A program made the position numbers and the translations under genes. A stretch of 64,000 nucleotides of DNA from Candidatus Harrisonbacteria bacterium (GTDB taxonomy: Bacteria; Patescibacteriota; Minisyncoccia; UBA6257; UBA11618). Below are positions 28,579 to 38,453 of the stretch, one piece after another. The DNA is taken from the NCBI GenBank assembly GCA_016867415.1, contig VGJO01000001.1:7823-71822 (forward strand), read 5' to 3'. The stretch's first letter is position 1. Each line of letters starts with the position of its first letter. The notes beneath the pieces were generated by a model. That model did not search any database. It was not told the DNA's origin and saw only the letters and a list, made by a program, of their open reading frames with translations.

Positions 28579-28692
28579 GGCCCTCCAAAGAGGTGGATCT
28601 TTGTTTTCTAAACAGAGGATAGAAATATCGATTGAGTATAATCGACATTTCTATAAAAAGATTTTCAATCTTTTTATCTCCCCTCCACCCTC
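28579..28692 (+). repeat. Family 4 segment preceding a family 2 element
   Basis: GGCCCTCCAAAGAGGTGGATCT...CCCTCCACC with an extra internal hairpin ATAGAAATATCGATT..AATCGACATTTCTAT. Confidence 0.6.
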
Positions 28693-28728
28693 TTTTTTTC
28701 ATCACCTCTGAATCTCTACACTGCTAAA

Positions 28729-28901
28729 GAACCCTCACCCCTTCCATGAGTGACCTTTTGGAGAAAAGAAGCATAGTTTCTTGTAGTGATGTATTACCTG
28801 GATTCATCTCCTCAATACATAGCCATAAAAAATTATTTTCAAAAATTGCATGAAAGTTCGCTGGAACTTTCATGCATCTTGAAGGAAAGAGGTGAAGATT
28901 C
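28729..28901. repeat. Dispersed ~173-bp element family 2, copy 3
   Basis: TGACCTT(C/T)TGGAGAAAAGAAG core and ATGAAAGTTC-GCTG-GAACTTTCAT hairpin shared with copy 1; terminal IR. Confidence 0.85.
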
Positions 28902-28949
28902 TAAAAAACACCCTAATCCCCATATCCATATATGCTAAAATACTAACTA

Positions 28950-29762
28950 ATGAAGCCGCCAAAAAAACTTATTTTTGGTATGGGAATTTTTTTAGCTGGT
29001 TTTGTATCCCTTATTATCTTCGGCAACCTCATTTCTCCTCCTCCCTCCACCCTTCCTTCCCAAAAATCCACTCAAGAAAATCATATAAATACTAAAAAAA
29101 TCTTCGAAAATTCATCTTCTTCCACCCCTCTCTATGAATCCCTCTCTGCCCTCAAAGAAGAGGGGACTAGCTCCACCCCCTCCGAGCTTAGCAAAGCCGA
29201 ATCCGCCATTAACCAAAAAATCGCCCAAGTTCTCACTTCCTTAAATCCCGAAGGGCCAATGAAATATGGAGATGAAGAGCTCTTGAAAGTCGAAGACCCT
29301 GAAGTCTTCGTAGATAAATATTTAAAAACCGAATTGAGCAAAATCACCGACATCATCGCTAAAGAATCCTTCCCCATAGTCTCTTTCCCTCAAGAAAAAA
29401 TTATTACAGCCTCCGATTCCTCTACTCTTCTTTCCTCTCTTCTCTTCCTCAAATCCTCGCTTGAAAAACATGAGCCAAAAGACGTGGATATGGAAAACAT
29501 TCTCACCGCCTACCAAAATCTGAAAATTGATTTGAAAAGTCGCCCCCTTTCCGAATCTCTCGTTCCTTTCTACGAACGCGAGCTCTCCCTGATCGAGCAA
29601 GATATAAAAAATATCATCCGCATCCAAAATGCCAAGCAGAGTCCCTTTGAAGCGATTATTGCTTATAAAAAACGAGAAGAAGTATTAAGTGCTTTCATGA
29701 CGCTAAAAAATGACATTAATACATTCGCCAAAAAAAATAAGCTTTCCTTTGAATGGCTATGA
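28950..29762 (+). CDS. Hypothetical membrane-anchored protein (first gene of T4SS-like cluster)
   Basis: N-terminal TM, helical C-terminus; overlaps the next gene. Confidence 0.8.
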   Translation: MKPPKKLIFGMGIFLAGFVSLIIFGNLISPPPSTLPSQKSTQENHINTKKIFENSSSSTPLYESLSALKEEGTSSTPSELSKAESAINQKIAQVLTSLNPEGPMKYGDEELLKVEDPEVFVDKYLKTELSKITDIIAKESFPIVSFPQEKIITASDSSTLLSSLLFLKSSLEKHEPKDVDMENILTAYQNLKIDLKSRPLSESLVPFYERELSLIEQDIKNIIRIQNAKQSPFEAIIAYKKREEVLSAFMTLKNDINTFAKKNKLSFEWL

Positions 29763-31147
29763 CCTCCACCCTTAAAAAAATTATTCTCTCCTTTCTTCTC
29801 TGTGGCCTTATCATTCCATTAGTTGTAAAGCCTCAAAAAGCGCACGCCATCTTCGGCCTCGGCATCGACGCCGTCGTTGAGCAGGTCTTTCGTAGTGCTT
29901 TGGAGGCTGCAAAGCGCCAAGCCCTCGCTCACATTACAAACAATATCATCGACTGGATTGAAAACGGTGGCTCCCCCCGCTTCATCACTAATTGGGAAAG
30001 CTTCTTCTCTGAAATCACTAATTCCATCACCACTCAATTTGTTGGCGAGCTCGGCCTCGGCTTCCTATGTTCTCCCTTTGGTTTCAATATCCAAATAAGC
30101 ATTAATCGCGCGCCCCGCTTTGCCACCTACGCCGCCTGTACTCTTGATACAGTCGTGAGCAACATTGAAAATTTTTATAATGATTTCCGAAATGGCGGCT
30201 GGATCGCCTTTGCTGAATCCTGGCAACCGCAAAATAATTACTATGGCTCCGTCCTTCTTGCTCTCCAGGAGCGTGATCGCCGCATTGCTCAGGAAGGTTT
30301 GACCGGCGCTATCAAATCCCTCGCCAATCAAGGCTTCCTATCCACGGAAAGCTGCCAAATCTTCAACGGCCGCGTGAATTGCCATATTACCACTCCCGGC
30401 CCTCAAGTCGCCGCCCTCTTATCCAAAGCCATGGGCACCGACATTGATTACATTGTTAATTCCCAGGAACTCTCCGTCTACGCCGCCGCCATCGCCGACG
30501 CCTTGATCAATCGCGCTATCCGTGCCGGCGCCGAAGGCATCTTAGGTCTTAAGGTCCAAAGGGCTGATGTCGTTACCGTCCTAAACACTGATCCCTGCTC
30601 CGGCCTCTCTGGTCCCAGCCTCCGTGATTGCCGCAAAGTCCCACCTCTTGAGCTCCAAGGCCTCTCTTTCGTCCAATCCGCATATATCCAAGAGATCGAC
30701 GCTACTCTCGCTCCTTTAAGCGAAGCGGAGTCCGCCTTGATCGACTCGGCCTACAGCACCGAAGAAGTAATAAATGATCTTACAAATCTCACCGCCTGCT
30801 CTACCCGCTACAATTTCACATCCAAAATAAATCTTATGGCGGAATTAATCTCAGAAACCACTAAACTTAATAATCTCCGTGCCGAAATCACTTCCCTCGA
30901 CGGCAACGTCCGCAGTCTCTTAAATGCCCGAGGATTTATCGGGAACGCTTCCCCGGGCGTCGGCGGCGCCGATGCAGTTGCCACCAATTTCTACAACGTC
31001 TCCGGCCTCCTCGATCCTAATCGGGCAATTTCTCTCTTGGAGACGAAGAGCGGCCAGTCTCTCAGCATCATCACTGAAAACAATCAGAAACTTATTAAAA
31101 TCCGAAGCGAGCTCAACGCCTGCCTCGCTTCTAGGCTAGGTCAATAA
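29753..31147 (+). CDS. Secreted Cys-containing hypothetical protein of the CPR T4SS-like cluster
   Basis: Signal peptide (PQKAHA), 'GSPRFITNW', 'LCSPF', 'ACTLD...FRNGGW', 'ITTPG' motifs, C-terminal coiled coil. Confidence 0.8.
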   Translation: MAMTSTLKKIILSFLLCGLIIPLVVKPQKAHAIFGLGIDAVVEQVFRSALEAAKRQALAHITNNIIDWIENGGSPRFITNWESFFSEITNSITTQFVGELGLGFLCSPFGFNIQISINRAPRFATYAACTLDTVVSNIENFYNDFRNGGWIAFAESWQPQNNYYGSVLLALQERDRRIAQEGLTGAIKSLANQGFLSTESCQIFNGRVNCHITTPGPQVAALLSKAMGTDIDYIVNSQELSVYAAAIADALINRAIRAGAEGILGLKVQRADVVTVLNTDPCSGLSGPSLRDCRKVPPLELQGLSFVQSAYIQEIDATLAPLSEAESALIDSAYSTEEVINDLTNLTACSTRYNFTSKINLMAELISETTKLNNLRAEITSLDGNVRSLLNARGFIGNASPGVGGADAVATNFYNVSGLLDPNRAISLLETKSGQSLSIITENNQKLIKIRSELNACLASRLGQ

Positions 31148-31149
31148 CC

Positions 31150-33147
31150 ATGAAAACCATCTTCCGTTTTCTAAAAATATTCGCCCCCGCTCTCGCCCTC
31201 CTCCCTAATTTTGCCTTCGCCGCCCCGATGGATTGGTTTGGCAGCCAAATCTTGGCTGGTGGTATGGCTCTTGCGGTTCGCGTTATTCTCTTCATCTACT
31301 ATGTCTTAGGACAGATGGCCTCCGCCATCTTTGCCTTTAGCGCCGCCTTAGTTGAGCTTGCCGTTGACTTGAATTCCCGCATCATTCTCTCTCCTATAGT
31401 CCAAAACGGCTGGCTCATCATGCGTGACTTCACCAATCTCGGGATTGTGATCGCTCTTATCTTCATCGCCTTTGCCACGATGCTCAATATCGAAAATTAT
31501 GACCTGAAAAAAATCATCCCAAAGCTTGTCATCATCGGTATTCTTATTAATTTTTCCCTCTCCATCGCCGGTAGCTTAATCGATGGCACCGGCATCATCA
31601 GCAACTTCTTCGTTTATAAGATCAATGGGGGAGTAACGAGCACCGGCGGCCTAAGCAAGCTCACGGAAAATATTGGAACCGCTTTTCAACTTGAAAGCCT
31701 TCAGAAAACCACAACCCCCGAAGCCATTAAAAACTCTTCTTTTGATGATTTTTCCGCCGGCGCTCTTGGTCTCATCTTAAGCCTCTTTTTCGTCACCGCC
31801 TTCTCACTCTTAGGCGCTCTTGTAATGGGCATGATCGCCGCCCTCTTTATCGTCCGCTACATCTGGCTCATTCTTCTTTTAGTCGTCATGCCCATAGTCT
31901 GGCTTACTTTTGTCGTCCCTACCTGGAACAGGTACTGGAAAATCTGGTGGGAAAATTTTATCGGCCAACTTTTCTACGTACCGATCTCTCTCTTCTTTGT
32001 TTTCATCTCCATCCTTCTTGTCACTAATTATAAAAATGATCCTAATTCTATTATCCAGCTCTCTCAAGGTTTAAATATTAAAAATGAATTTTTCAATAAA
32101 AATTTCCTTATTAGAATTCAAGACTTCGCCGCCTCTGCCGGCCAAATGGTCATGGTTATGGGCCTTATGTATGGTAGTATTATTTTTTCCAAAAGTATTA
32201 GCAGTATGGGATCAGTAGCCATAGTTGGCGCTTTTGATCGAGCCGCTAAGTATGGCTTTAATAAGTCTAAGTCCTTTGCTAAAAATACCGCAATCGGCGC
32301 CGGCCGAGGAATTAAGACCTCCGTCTACAACACCACTGCGAAACCCTTTCTTCAATCCAATCTCGCCCAGTCTCTTGCAAATCGTTCTGCAGGTACGCCC
32401 GGACTCCGTGGCTTAGGCAGCTCCTTAAGCAACGCCATCACAAATCAGAAAGAAGCTGTAAATAGTCAGGTTACCGCCTATCAAAACAGCTATCTCAAAA
32501 ACCTTCCCTCAAGCAGCGCTGTCGCAAGTTATAGTGAAGGCACTGAAATAGAGCGTCTCGCTAAAGTTAGTGAGCTAAGCTCCCGTGAGAAAGGGGACAT
32601 AAGTGCCATCTTCGCCGGCCTAAAAGGCCCCGCCCTTAATAAAAAATTAACCTCCTACGTCGACTCCGCTAAAAATGCCGGAAATAAAGCCGCTGCCACC
32701 GCCCTCACTAAATTCTTCTTGAGAAACAAAACTCTTTTTGATGCAAAAACTCAGACTACTACCATGAATCGCCTTCTCGACCTTAATCGCGACCTAAAGA
32801 CCGACAAAGAGCTCTTAAAAACCAGCCCACATCTTGCAACCGAATTCGGCAAAAATATTGCCGAAGAAGTAAAGAAGATTAAACCGAGAGACATTATTGA
32901 GCTGGAGCGTGACGCCTTCGAAAATAATGAAGTGATCACCGCCCTCGAGAACTCTCAACTCTCCGAACTCGGTAAAAACGCCACTCCCGAAATCAAAGAT
33001 ATTATCCACACCCAGGTAAAAACCCTCCTTGCGAAAAAAGACACCATGACTCCCGAGCTCCAAGCTAAGCTTAATACTCTTGGCAAAATCATGAATACCC
33101 CCGCCTGGACCACTACAATCACAGTAGCTAAAAATCCTTCTCCTTAA
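31150..33147 (+). CDS. VirB6/TrbL-like polytopic membrane protein
   Basis: 'GWLIMRDFTN', 'LINFSL', 'RYIWLILLLVVMPI..WKIWW' and many TM helices; large soluble C-terminus. Confidence 0.75.
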   Translation: MKTIFRFLKIFAPALALLPNFAFAAPMDWFGSQILAGGMALAVRVILFIYYVLGQMASAIFAFSAALVELAVDLNSRIILSPIVQNGWLIMRDFTNLGIVIALIFIAFATMLNIENYDLKKIIPKLVIIGILINFSLSIAGSLIDGTGIISNFFVYKINGGVTSTGGLSKLTENIGTAFQLESLQKTTTPEAIKNSSFDDFSAGALGLILSLFFVTAFSLLGALVMGMIAALFIVRYIWLILLLVVMPIVWLTFVVPTWNRYWKIWWENFIGQLFYVPISLFFVFISILLVTNYKNDPNSIIQLSQGLNIKNEFFNKNFLIRIQDFAASAGQMVMVMGLMYGSIIFSKSISSMGSVAIVGAFDRAAKYGFNKSKSFAKNTAIGAGRGIKTSVYNTTAKPFLQSNLAQSLANRSAGTPGLRGLGSSLSNAITNQKEAVNSQVTAYQNSYLKNLPSSSAVASYSEGTEIERLAKVSELSSREKGDISAIFAGLKGPALNKKLTSYVDSAKNAGNKAAATALTKFFLRNKTLFDAKTQTTTMNRLLDLNRDLKTDKELLKTSPHLATEFGKNIAEEVKKIKPRDIIELERDAFENNEVITALENSQLSELGKNATPEIKDIIHTQVKTLLAKKDTMTPELQAKLNTLGKIMNTPAWTTTITVAKNPSP

Positions 33148-33260
33148 AAACCTAACTCGAACAATAACCCCAGCCAATTCACCGACAAAGGCCTCGGCAT
33201 CTAACCATGAAGGCATTATAAGATCATTAAACGTTTTTCTTTTTTGCATTCTTAAATGTA

Positions 33261-33290
33261 CTGGATTCCGGCTCGGTGGCCGGAATGACA
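33261..33290 (-). repeat. REP/RPE-like short palindrome (family 3, inverted)
   Basis: Reverse complement TGTCATTCCGGCCACCGAGCCGGAATCCAG. Confidence 0.85.
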
Positions 33291-33399
33291 ATCCCTTCAA
33301 AACACTATATATGCCTTGTCTTGCCATAGCGTACTCACGAAGGAGGAGAGGATTTTACGATTTTCTTTATAAATAAATTAAAAATATAGCCCGTCGCCA

Positions 33400-33578
33400 A
33401 GCGCAGGATTTTTGAGTCGAGTTTACGATTTATTTCTGAGGACAAGCCCGGGAGCACTACTAAGAAAAAGGTATGTCGAAGGTATGGAGTACTCTCCGTA
33501 CCGGAGATCTCGAGTGCTCTCGAGGTGAAGGACTTACTGGAAGAAAAAATCGCAAAATTGGCCAAAAAGACAAGCGCC
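33400..33578 (+). repeat. Dispersed hairpin element family 1, copy F (with internal insertion)
   Basis: AGCGCAGGATTTTTG...CGATTTATTTCTGAG...GAAGAAAAAATCGC...CAAAAAGACAAGCGCC; extra ~55 nt with small palindromes. Confidence 0.8.
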
Positions 33579-33612
33579 CTACAAGCTAATCAAATATAGT
33601 ATAATACTACTA

Positions 33613-34515
33613 ATGAACCTCGCTTTAGCCTTCCTCTCCCTCCCCGAACCCGTAAAAGATTGGTTTGGCTCGCTCGAGCTCGCTGATCGGCTTTCTGATG
33701 TAAACAACTCTCTTGGTCTGGTAGGGGATAACGAATCTCTTTTAAGCAATCTTCTCCTCCGCATCATCACCCTTGATCTCGATATCCGCGACCTTATAAA
33801 CGAGCTTGGTCTTCTCCTGCAAATAAATGAAGGGAAAGCAAAAGAAATTGCCGCCACTCTCATAAAAACCACTCTCACCCCCATAGAAAAAGAATTAATT
33901 CCTTTAGGAATTAATGTGAGGGACGGACTCGCAAACCCCAGCCTTCCCGACTCCAGACTTTCCACTTTTGGTAATACCCCCCGCCCAATAACACCGGAAA
34001 TAAATCCGCTCGCTACCCCTCTTTCTCCTAAATCCGAAGCTTTCTTTAAAAACATTCCTCTTCCGCAATCTCCCCCTTCCTTTAAAGAAGGGGATTCTCC
34101 TTCTAAAGCCTTCTCCAAAACCCCGATTACTCTCCCTCCTATCTTCGAATTTAGCGAGAACAGACAAGAAGAAAAAAAAGAAAAAAATTTCACCCCTCCC
34201 GAAAATCTTCCCTTAGTTCACCAAAAAGAAGCCTCGCCCTTTATTCTCCATGAAGAGAAGGCAGAGCAAACAATAAATATCTCTCAAACCCCTTCGTTTA
34301 CATACACCCCTTCCATCACCGAAATCCCTAAAAAAGAAGAGGTAATAGTCAGCTCTATAGAAGGTTTAGCTCCCGTAATTCCGCCCACCGCCCAAAAAGT
34401 CATTCATTATACCTCCTACAAGACCGAGCTTAATCACGCCTTTTCCTCCATTCCATCCGCTAAAAAAGATCTGGAATCGAAAATAAAAAAACCTCTTTCT
34501 CATTGGTTTATATGA
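33613..34515 (+). CDS. Hypothetical protein (helical N-domain, Pro-rich linker)
   Basis: 300-aa ORF; 'SPFILHEE' and 'KVIHYT' segments; overlaps the PrgI-like gene. Confidence 0.8.
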   Translation: MNLALAFLSLPEPVKDWFGSLELADRLSDVNNSLGLVGDNESLLSNLLLRIITLDLDIRDLINELGLLLQINEGKAKEIAATLIKTTLTPIEKELIPLGINVRDGLANPSLPDSRLSTFGNTPRPITPEINPLATPLSPKSEAFFKNIPLPQSPPSFKEGDSPSKAFSKTPITLPPIFEFSENRQEEKKEKNFTPPENLPLVHQKEASPFILHEEKAEQTINISQTPSFTYTPSITEIPKKEEVIVSSIEGLAPVIPPTAQKVIHYTSYKTELNHAFSSIPSAKKDLESKIKKPLSHWFI

Positions 34516-34994
34516 ATTTCCAAGTCCCTCAATTCATCGATATTGAAGATCGGATTATTGGTCCGCTCACATTAAAGCAATTCGGCTATCTCGCCATCGC
34601 TTTTCTTCTCTCTTTCTTCTCTTTTTTTATCTTCACTTTTCTTATCTGGGTACTCATCACTCTCCTTGTAGCCGCAATCAGCATTCTCTTCGCCTTCATC
34701 CGCTACAACGAGCGCCCTTTTTCTATTCTTTTCCTCTCCGTCGTTTCATTTGCCTTTCATAAAAAGAAATATCGCAAAAATATTAGCGGAGAAGAGGAGG
34801 GTAAAAAAGAGATTCCTCAAAGCCACCTCGGCGATCTCACTCTCGCCCTAGAGACGAGTACCGCCCCGATGAAAAACGAACGCTCCTTTTTAAAACCCTT
34901 CCTTGATTCCTTACGTGAAGAAAAAGACCGCTACGAAATCCTAAAAAAGATCACTGGAGAAAAAGAGGTCGCAAGAAGAATTGATTACCGATAA
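34512..34994 (+). CDS. PrgI-family (VirB3-like) membrane protein
   Basis: MNFQVPQFIDIEDRIIGPLTLKQF, two TMs, 'YNERPF'. Confidence 0.85.
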   Translation: MNFQVPQFIDIEDRIIGPLTLKQFGYLAIAFLLSFFSFFIFTFLIWVLITLLVAAISILFAFIRYNERPFSILFLSVVSFAFHKKKYRKNISGEEEGKKEIPQSHLGDLTLALETSTAPMKNERSFLKPFLDSLREEKDRYEILKKITGEKEVARRIDYR

Positions 34995-34998
34995 AGTC

Positions 34999-35628
34999 AT
35001 GGACAATAAAAATACACTCGGATCAGCCTTTGATCTCTTCCCAATCAAAGAAATCAAAAATAACATCATCTTCCTCAATGATGGCGGTCTCCGTAAAATC
35101 CTCCTCGTCTCCGGCGTTAATTTTGAATTAAAGTCTGAACAAGACCAAAATGTCTTAATCTATACTTTCCAAGACTTTCTAAACTCTCTCAAATTCCCGC
35201 TTCAAATCATCATTCATTCCCGAAAATTAAACATTGCTTCATATCTCGAAAATATCCGCGCCGTTGAGAATATGGAAAAAAACAAACTCCTCCAAAGCAT
35301 CATGAAAGATTATGGGAACTTTGTCGGTGATTTTGTGAAAAATAATCCTATAATGGAAAAAACCTTTTTTGTCGTCGTTCCGTATGATTCCTTTTCGCTA
35401 AGTAGCGCTAAGGCTTCTTTAAAAACATTATTTGGTAAAAAAATAACAGCCACCGAAGAGTCTGAGAACGAACACAAAGAAAAGGTAAAAAATATCGGTC
35501 TTCGCATCGATGAAGTGATGGCTGGGTTAAGCCGTATTGGTCTCCGCTCCGTCGCCTTGGAAACTGAAGAGTTAATTGAATTATTTGAAAACTTTTCTCA
35601 TCCAAAAACTATCGAAAATCATTCTTAG
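34999..35628 (+). CDS. TraC/VirB4 N-terminal-like protein
   Basis: 'VSGVNFELKSEQDQ', 'FLNSLKFPLQIIIHSRKLNI', 'FFVVVP', 'GLSRIGL..LETEELIELF'. Confidence 0.75.
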   Translation: MDNKNTLGSAFDLFPIKEIKNNIIFLNDGGLRKILLVSGVNFELKSEQDQNVLIYTFQDFLNSLKFPLQIIIHSRKLNIASYLENIRAVENMEKNKLLQSIMKDYGNFVGDFVKNNPIMEKTFFVVVPYDSFSLSSAKASLKTLFGKKITATEESENEHKEKVKNIGLRIDEVMAGLSRIGLRSVALETEELIELFENFSHPKTIENHS

Positions 35629-35645
35629 AATTAATCTTAAAAATA

Positions 35646-35766
35646 TTGTCCATCCAAAAGCCCATGAAACGCGAACCAAAAGATAAGTTTGAAATCAAAG
35701 AGAACCCTCGTTCATTAGGAAAGAAATGAATTCTTTTATCTAGGTTTAGTGAGCTGACGATGACAA
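35646..35766. other. Multibranch hairpin upstream of VirB4
   Basis: TTGTCATC/GATGACAA, AACC/GGTT and AGATAA/TTATCT nested helices enclosing three small hairpins. Confidence 0.5.
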
Positions 35767-35846
35767 AATAAAATAATGCTTCAAATAACTTCTGTTAAAA
35801 TACTTTATCTATTTTTTGTGGTATTTTTGAGATGAGTTCTAGATAA

Positions 35847-37538
35847 ATGGAAAATACAAACGAAGTAAAAAATAAAATCACTCCCGAATCTCTTGATATC
35901 TACTCGAGTAAGCTTAAGGTAGGGGATAAATTTGTAAAAATTATTTTCCTCTTAAATTATCCTCGCTACGTCAGCGTAGGCTGGTTTTCACCCATCGTAA
36001 ACGCACCGGAACTCATGGACATCTCCCTACATTTTGATCCGGTCGAAACTGCAGCCGCTCTAAAAAATCTCAAAAAAAAGACAGCGCAGATCGAAGCCCA
36101 GATCTTCGAACGGGAAGAGCAAGGCCTTATTCGCTCGCCCGAGCTGGAAACCGCCCACCACGATATTGAGACTCTTCGCGACGTTCTTCTCCAAGCCACG
36201 GAAAATCTTTTCAAAGTCAGCGCTTATATTGCTCTTTATGCGGACGATGAATCCTCATTAAACCGCCTGGAAAATAAAATCAGCAACATACTCGAAAGCC
36301 GCCTTATTAATGTAAAAACCGCTATCTTCGAACAACTCTCTGGCTTTCGCTCTATTCTCCCTTTAAATAAAAATGAATTAGAAGTTTCTGCTTTTTTCAA
36401 CTCCTCTCCCGCTTCCTCTTTCTTTCCGTTTGTGAGCGCCACTCTCACTTCTAATAAAGGTGTTCTGCAGGGTATTAATCTTGAAAATAATACTCTTATT
36501 ATTTTTGATCGCTTCTCTTTGGAAAATGCTAATAAAGTCATCTTCGCTACCTCCGGCTCCGGTAAATCCTACGCTGCCAAACTCGAAGCCCTCCGTGAGC
36601 TTATGTTTGGCACCGACGTCATCATCATTGATCCGGAAAATGAATATAAAAAACTCGCCGAATCCGTCGGCGGCACCTTTATTAATATTTCCTTAGCTAG
36701 TAAGGAACATGTAAACCCTTTTGATATTCCTATCATCCCCGAAGATGAAAATCCTGCCGACGTTCTAAAGTCTCACATAGTAAATCTCGCGGGCCTAATC
36801 AAGATGATGCTTGGTAAAATCGAGCCCGAAGAAGAAGCCTTAATCGACAGAGCTATCTCCGAGACCTATGCCGCTTTTGATATCTACCCCGGCAGCAACC
36901 TTAAGAATATTAAGACCCCCCTCCTTTCCGACCTCGAATCCGTCCTGAGAAATCTTGAAGGTGGAGAAAAAATCGCCAGCCGCCTCTACCGGTTTACGAA
37001 CGGCAGCTACGCCGGTTTTAGCAATAAAGAAACAAATATTAATATTAATAATCGGCTCGTCGTCTTCTCTATCCGAGATCTTGAGGAAGAACTCCGTCCG
37101 ATTGCTATGTATGTGATCTTAAACTACATCTGGAATCTTATTAAAAGCGAAAAGAAGAAACGTATCCTAATCGTTGATGAAGCCTGGTGGATGATGAAAT
37201 ATCCTGACGGTGCTTCCTTCCTCTTTGGTCTTGTAAAGCGCGCCCGCAAGTATTATCTAGGAGTCACCACCATCACCCAAGATGTTGAAGATTTCCTCCT
37301 CTCCTCATACGGCCGACCAATCCTGACCAACTCCTCTCAAAAGCTTCTGTTAAAGCAGCAGCCCGCTATGATTGACACTCTGGTTAAGACCTTCAATCTC
37401 ACCGAGAATGAAAAAATTCTCCTCCTCGACGCCGAGGTGGGGGAGGGCCTTTTTTTTGCCGGCTTAAAGCATGTGGTAATCAAAATTGTCGCCTCCGACC
37501 TTGAAGATGAAATAGTAAGCACTAAACCTGCCTCATGA
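35847..37538 (+). CDS. virB4: VirB4-like T4SS ATPase
   Basis: 'IIFDRFSLENAN', Walker A ATSGSGKS, IIDPENEY, Walker B IVDEAW, KRARKY, ITQDVEDF, VGEGLFFAG. Confidence 0.9.
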   Translation: MENTNEVKNKITPESLDIYSSKLKVGDKFVKIIFLLNYPRYVSVGWFSPIVNAPELMDISLHFDPVETAAALKNLKKKTAQIEAQIFEREEQGLIRSPELETAHHDIETLRDVLLQATENLFKVSAYIALYADDESSLNRLENKISNILESRLINVKTAIFEQLSGFRSILPLNKNELEVSAFFNSSPASSFFPFVSATLTSNKGVLQGINLENNTLIIFDRFSLENANKVIFATSGSGKSYAAKLEALRELMFGTDVIIIDPENEYKKLAESVGGTFINISLASKEHVNPFDIPIIPEDENPADVLKSHIVNLAGLIKMMLGKIEPEEEALIDRAISETYAAFDIYPGSNLKNIKTPLLSDLESVLRNLEGGEKIASRLYRFTNGSYAGFSNKETNININNRLVVFSIRDLEEELRPIAMYVILNYIWNLIKSEKKKRILIVDEAWWMMKYPDGASFLFGLVKRARKYYLGVTTITQDVEDFLLSSYGRPILTNSSQKLLLKQQPAMIDTLVKTFNLTENEKILLLDAEVGEGLFFAGLKHVVIKIVASDLEDEIVSTKPAS

Positions 37539-37828
37539 AGAAAATATTCTTAGCCGAAGCCGCCCCTCTCATTATCTTTTCTGTTATTATCGATCTTATT
37601 GAGCTCACCGCCGTTGGTGGCCTCTTTACCAGTATTCCCTCAATTATCCTATTCATTATTATTCGCGAGTATCTTAATATAAAAGGAGCAAAGAAAAATT
37701 ACCTCTTCTGGCTATCCTTCTTTGACTATTTCCCAATCATAAACATCCTCCCTTTAAAAACCACAGCACTTGTGATTTCCATAACCTTCCATAATCATGC
37801 GGCTGCTAAATTTAACTCTGCTTCCTAA
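37535..37828 (+). CDS. Small hypothetical membrane protein
   Basis: Hydrophobic 97 aa, 'FPIINILPLKT'; start overlaps the VirB4 stop (ATGA). Confidence 0.75.
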   Translation: MKKIFLAEAAPLIIFSVIIDLIELTAVGGLFTSIPSIILFIIIREYLNIKGAKKNYLFWLSFFDYFPIINILPLKTTALVISITFHNHAAAKFNSAS

Positions 37829-38453
37829 ATCACTCCTTTTTTTCACTATTCTTTCTTCCATTTTTTTGTTGCCAAAAAATAGCCTGGCCACTCCCTCCCT
37901 TTTTATTAATTGGAAAGCCTTAACCCTTTCCTCTGATTCCTATTCCGGTAAAAATCTTCCCACTCCCGGCTCTCAAGTAGAGCTTGGAATCTTTGCTTTA
38001 GATGGCAATCAACTAACAAATCTAAAAACCGCCGATGTTTTCTGGTACCAAAATGAAAATCTTATTAAGAAAGGCTCAGGCCTTTCTCATATCACCCTCA
38101 CTCTTGATGAGTCCGGCACCCCAACTACCATCAGAGTGAAAGTAAAAAAGGACGACACTATTATCGAAGGACTTACTATCATAAACCCGGTCTCATCCAA
38201 TCTCTACATTGAAGTGAAAAAAACTATCTCTAAAAGCTCCGTCTTTTTTGCTCGCCCTCTCTTCTTTAATGTTAATAATCTAGAAAATCTTTCCTTTGAA
38301 TGGGAAGCGGGCGGAAAGAAAGTGGTCGGACCCAGTTCTCTTACTCTAAGCGTCCCTCCGGAAATTGATTCTATTCTCTTAAAAAGCACGGTAAAAAATA
38401 AAACTCGCAAAGTGGAGCAAGTAAGTGAAACTATTTCCCTTAAAAATGGCTAA
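37797..38453 (+). CDS. Secreted hypothetical protein (Ig-like beta domains)
   Basis: Signal peptide; 'WKA...YSGKNLPTPGS', 'ARPLFF..LSFEW' beta-rich segments. Confidence 0.75.
   Translation: MRLLNLTLLPKSLLFFTILSSIFLLPKNSLATPSLFINWKALTLSSDSYSGKNLPTPGSQVELGIFALDGNQLTNLKTADVFWYQNENLIKKGSGLSHITLTLDESGTPTTIRVKVKKDDTIIEGLTIINPVSSNLYIEVKKTISKSSVFFARPLFFNVNNLENLSFEWEAGGKKVVGPSSLTLSVPPEIDSILLKSTVKNKTRKVEQVSETISLKNG

Noticed and set aside
35752-35760. CTGACGA (and TGATGA at 60443) as a hammerhead ribozyme core
   Set aside because: No correctly placed stem II, GAAA and cleavage triplet could be assembled.
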